Shown here: positions 63,912-64,000 of the stretch, piece after piece | Position numbering within the stretch: the first letter of the stretch is position 1 | Layout of the letters: the number at the start of each line of letters is the position of its first letter | Assembly: GCA_964035545.1 (NCBI GenBank) | Contig: OZ037770.1 | Location: forward strand, 2,356,001-2,420,000 | Reading direction: 5' to 3' | Source: Bugula neritina | Taxonomy: Eukaryota > Animalia > Bryozoa | DNA: 64,000 nucleotides | Position numbers and translations under genes: made by a program | Notes under the pieces: generated by a model | The model's input: the letters and a program-made list of their open reading frames with translations, nothing else | The model's database searches: none | Told to the model about the DNA's origin: nothing

Positions 63912-64000
63912 CTACAGATAATATAAATTGAATCCTCATAGTAAAAGAATATCCAGAATCTGACTTAGCCGTATGAAGTGTTTAAATTTGCACATACAGC

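Overview
AT-rich, intron-dense eukaryotic DNA, most consistent with an invertebrate animal. It looks lophotrochozoan-like, but the taxon is only an inference. I reconstructed five spliced genes by hand, checking GT-AG boundaries and codon phase. (1) The 3' ~85% of a single-chain NADH-dependent glutamate synthase (GLT1/NADH-GOGAT; 37 exons in the window, + strand, 146-22940). (2) An unknown ~332-aa gene (- strand, 29628-32578). (3) An unknown ~405-aa gene (+ strand, 37609-43264). (4) A complete 12-exon arylsulfatase of the ARSB/I/J type (- strand, 44130-54787). (5) The 3' part of an unknown S/P/K/R-rich gene (- strand, 58860-63911+). Introns and intergenic DNA hold a tRNA-derived SINE family, two Harbinger/Tourist-type MITEs, three hAT-type MITEs and many minisatellites. 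The most striking pattern is that the tandem repeats sit on, or directly against, exon-intron junctions. Several have amplified the splice site itself: 29 copies of one GLT1 acceptor, 6 and 3 copies of two GLT1 donors, and 4 copies of an arylsulfatase acceptor. Only the exon-proximal copy keeps the protein intact. Most entries in the six-frame ORF track are exon fragments, antisense shadows or repeat artefacts.
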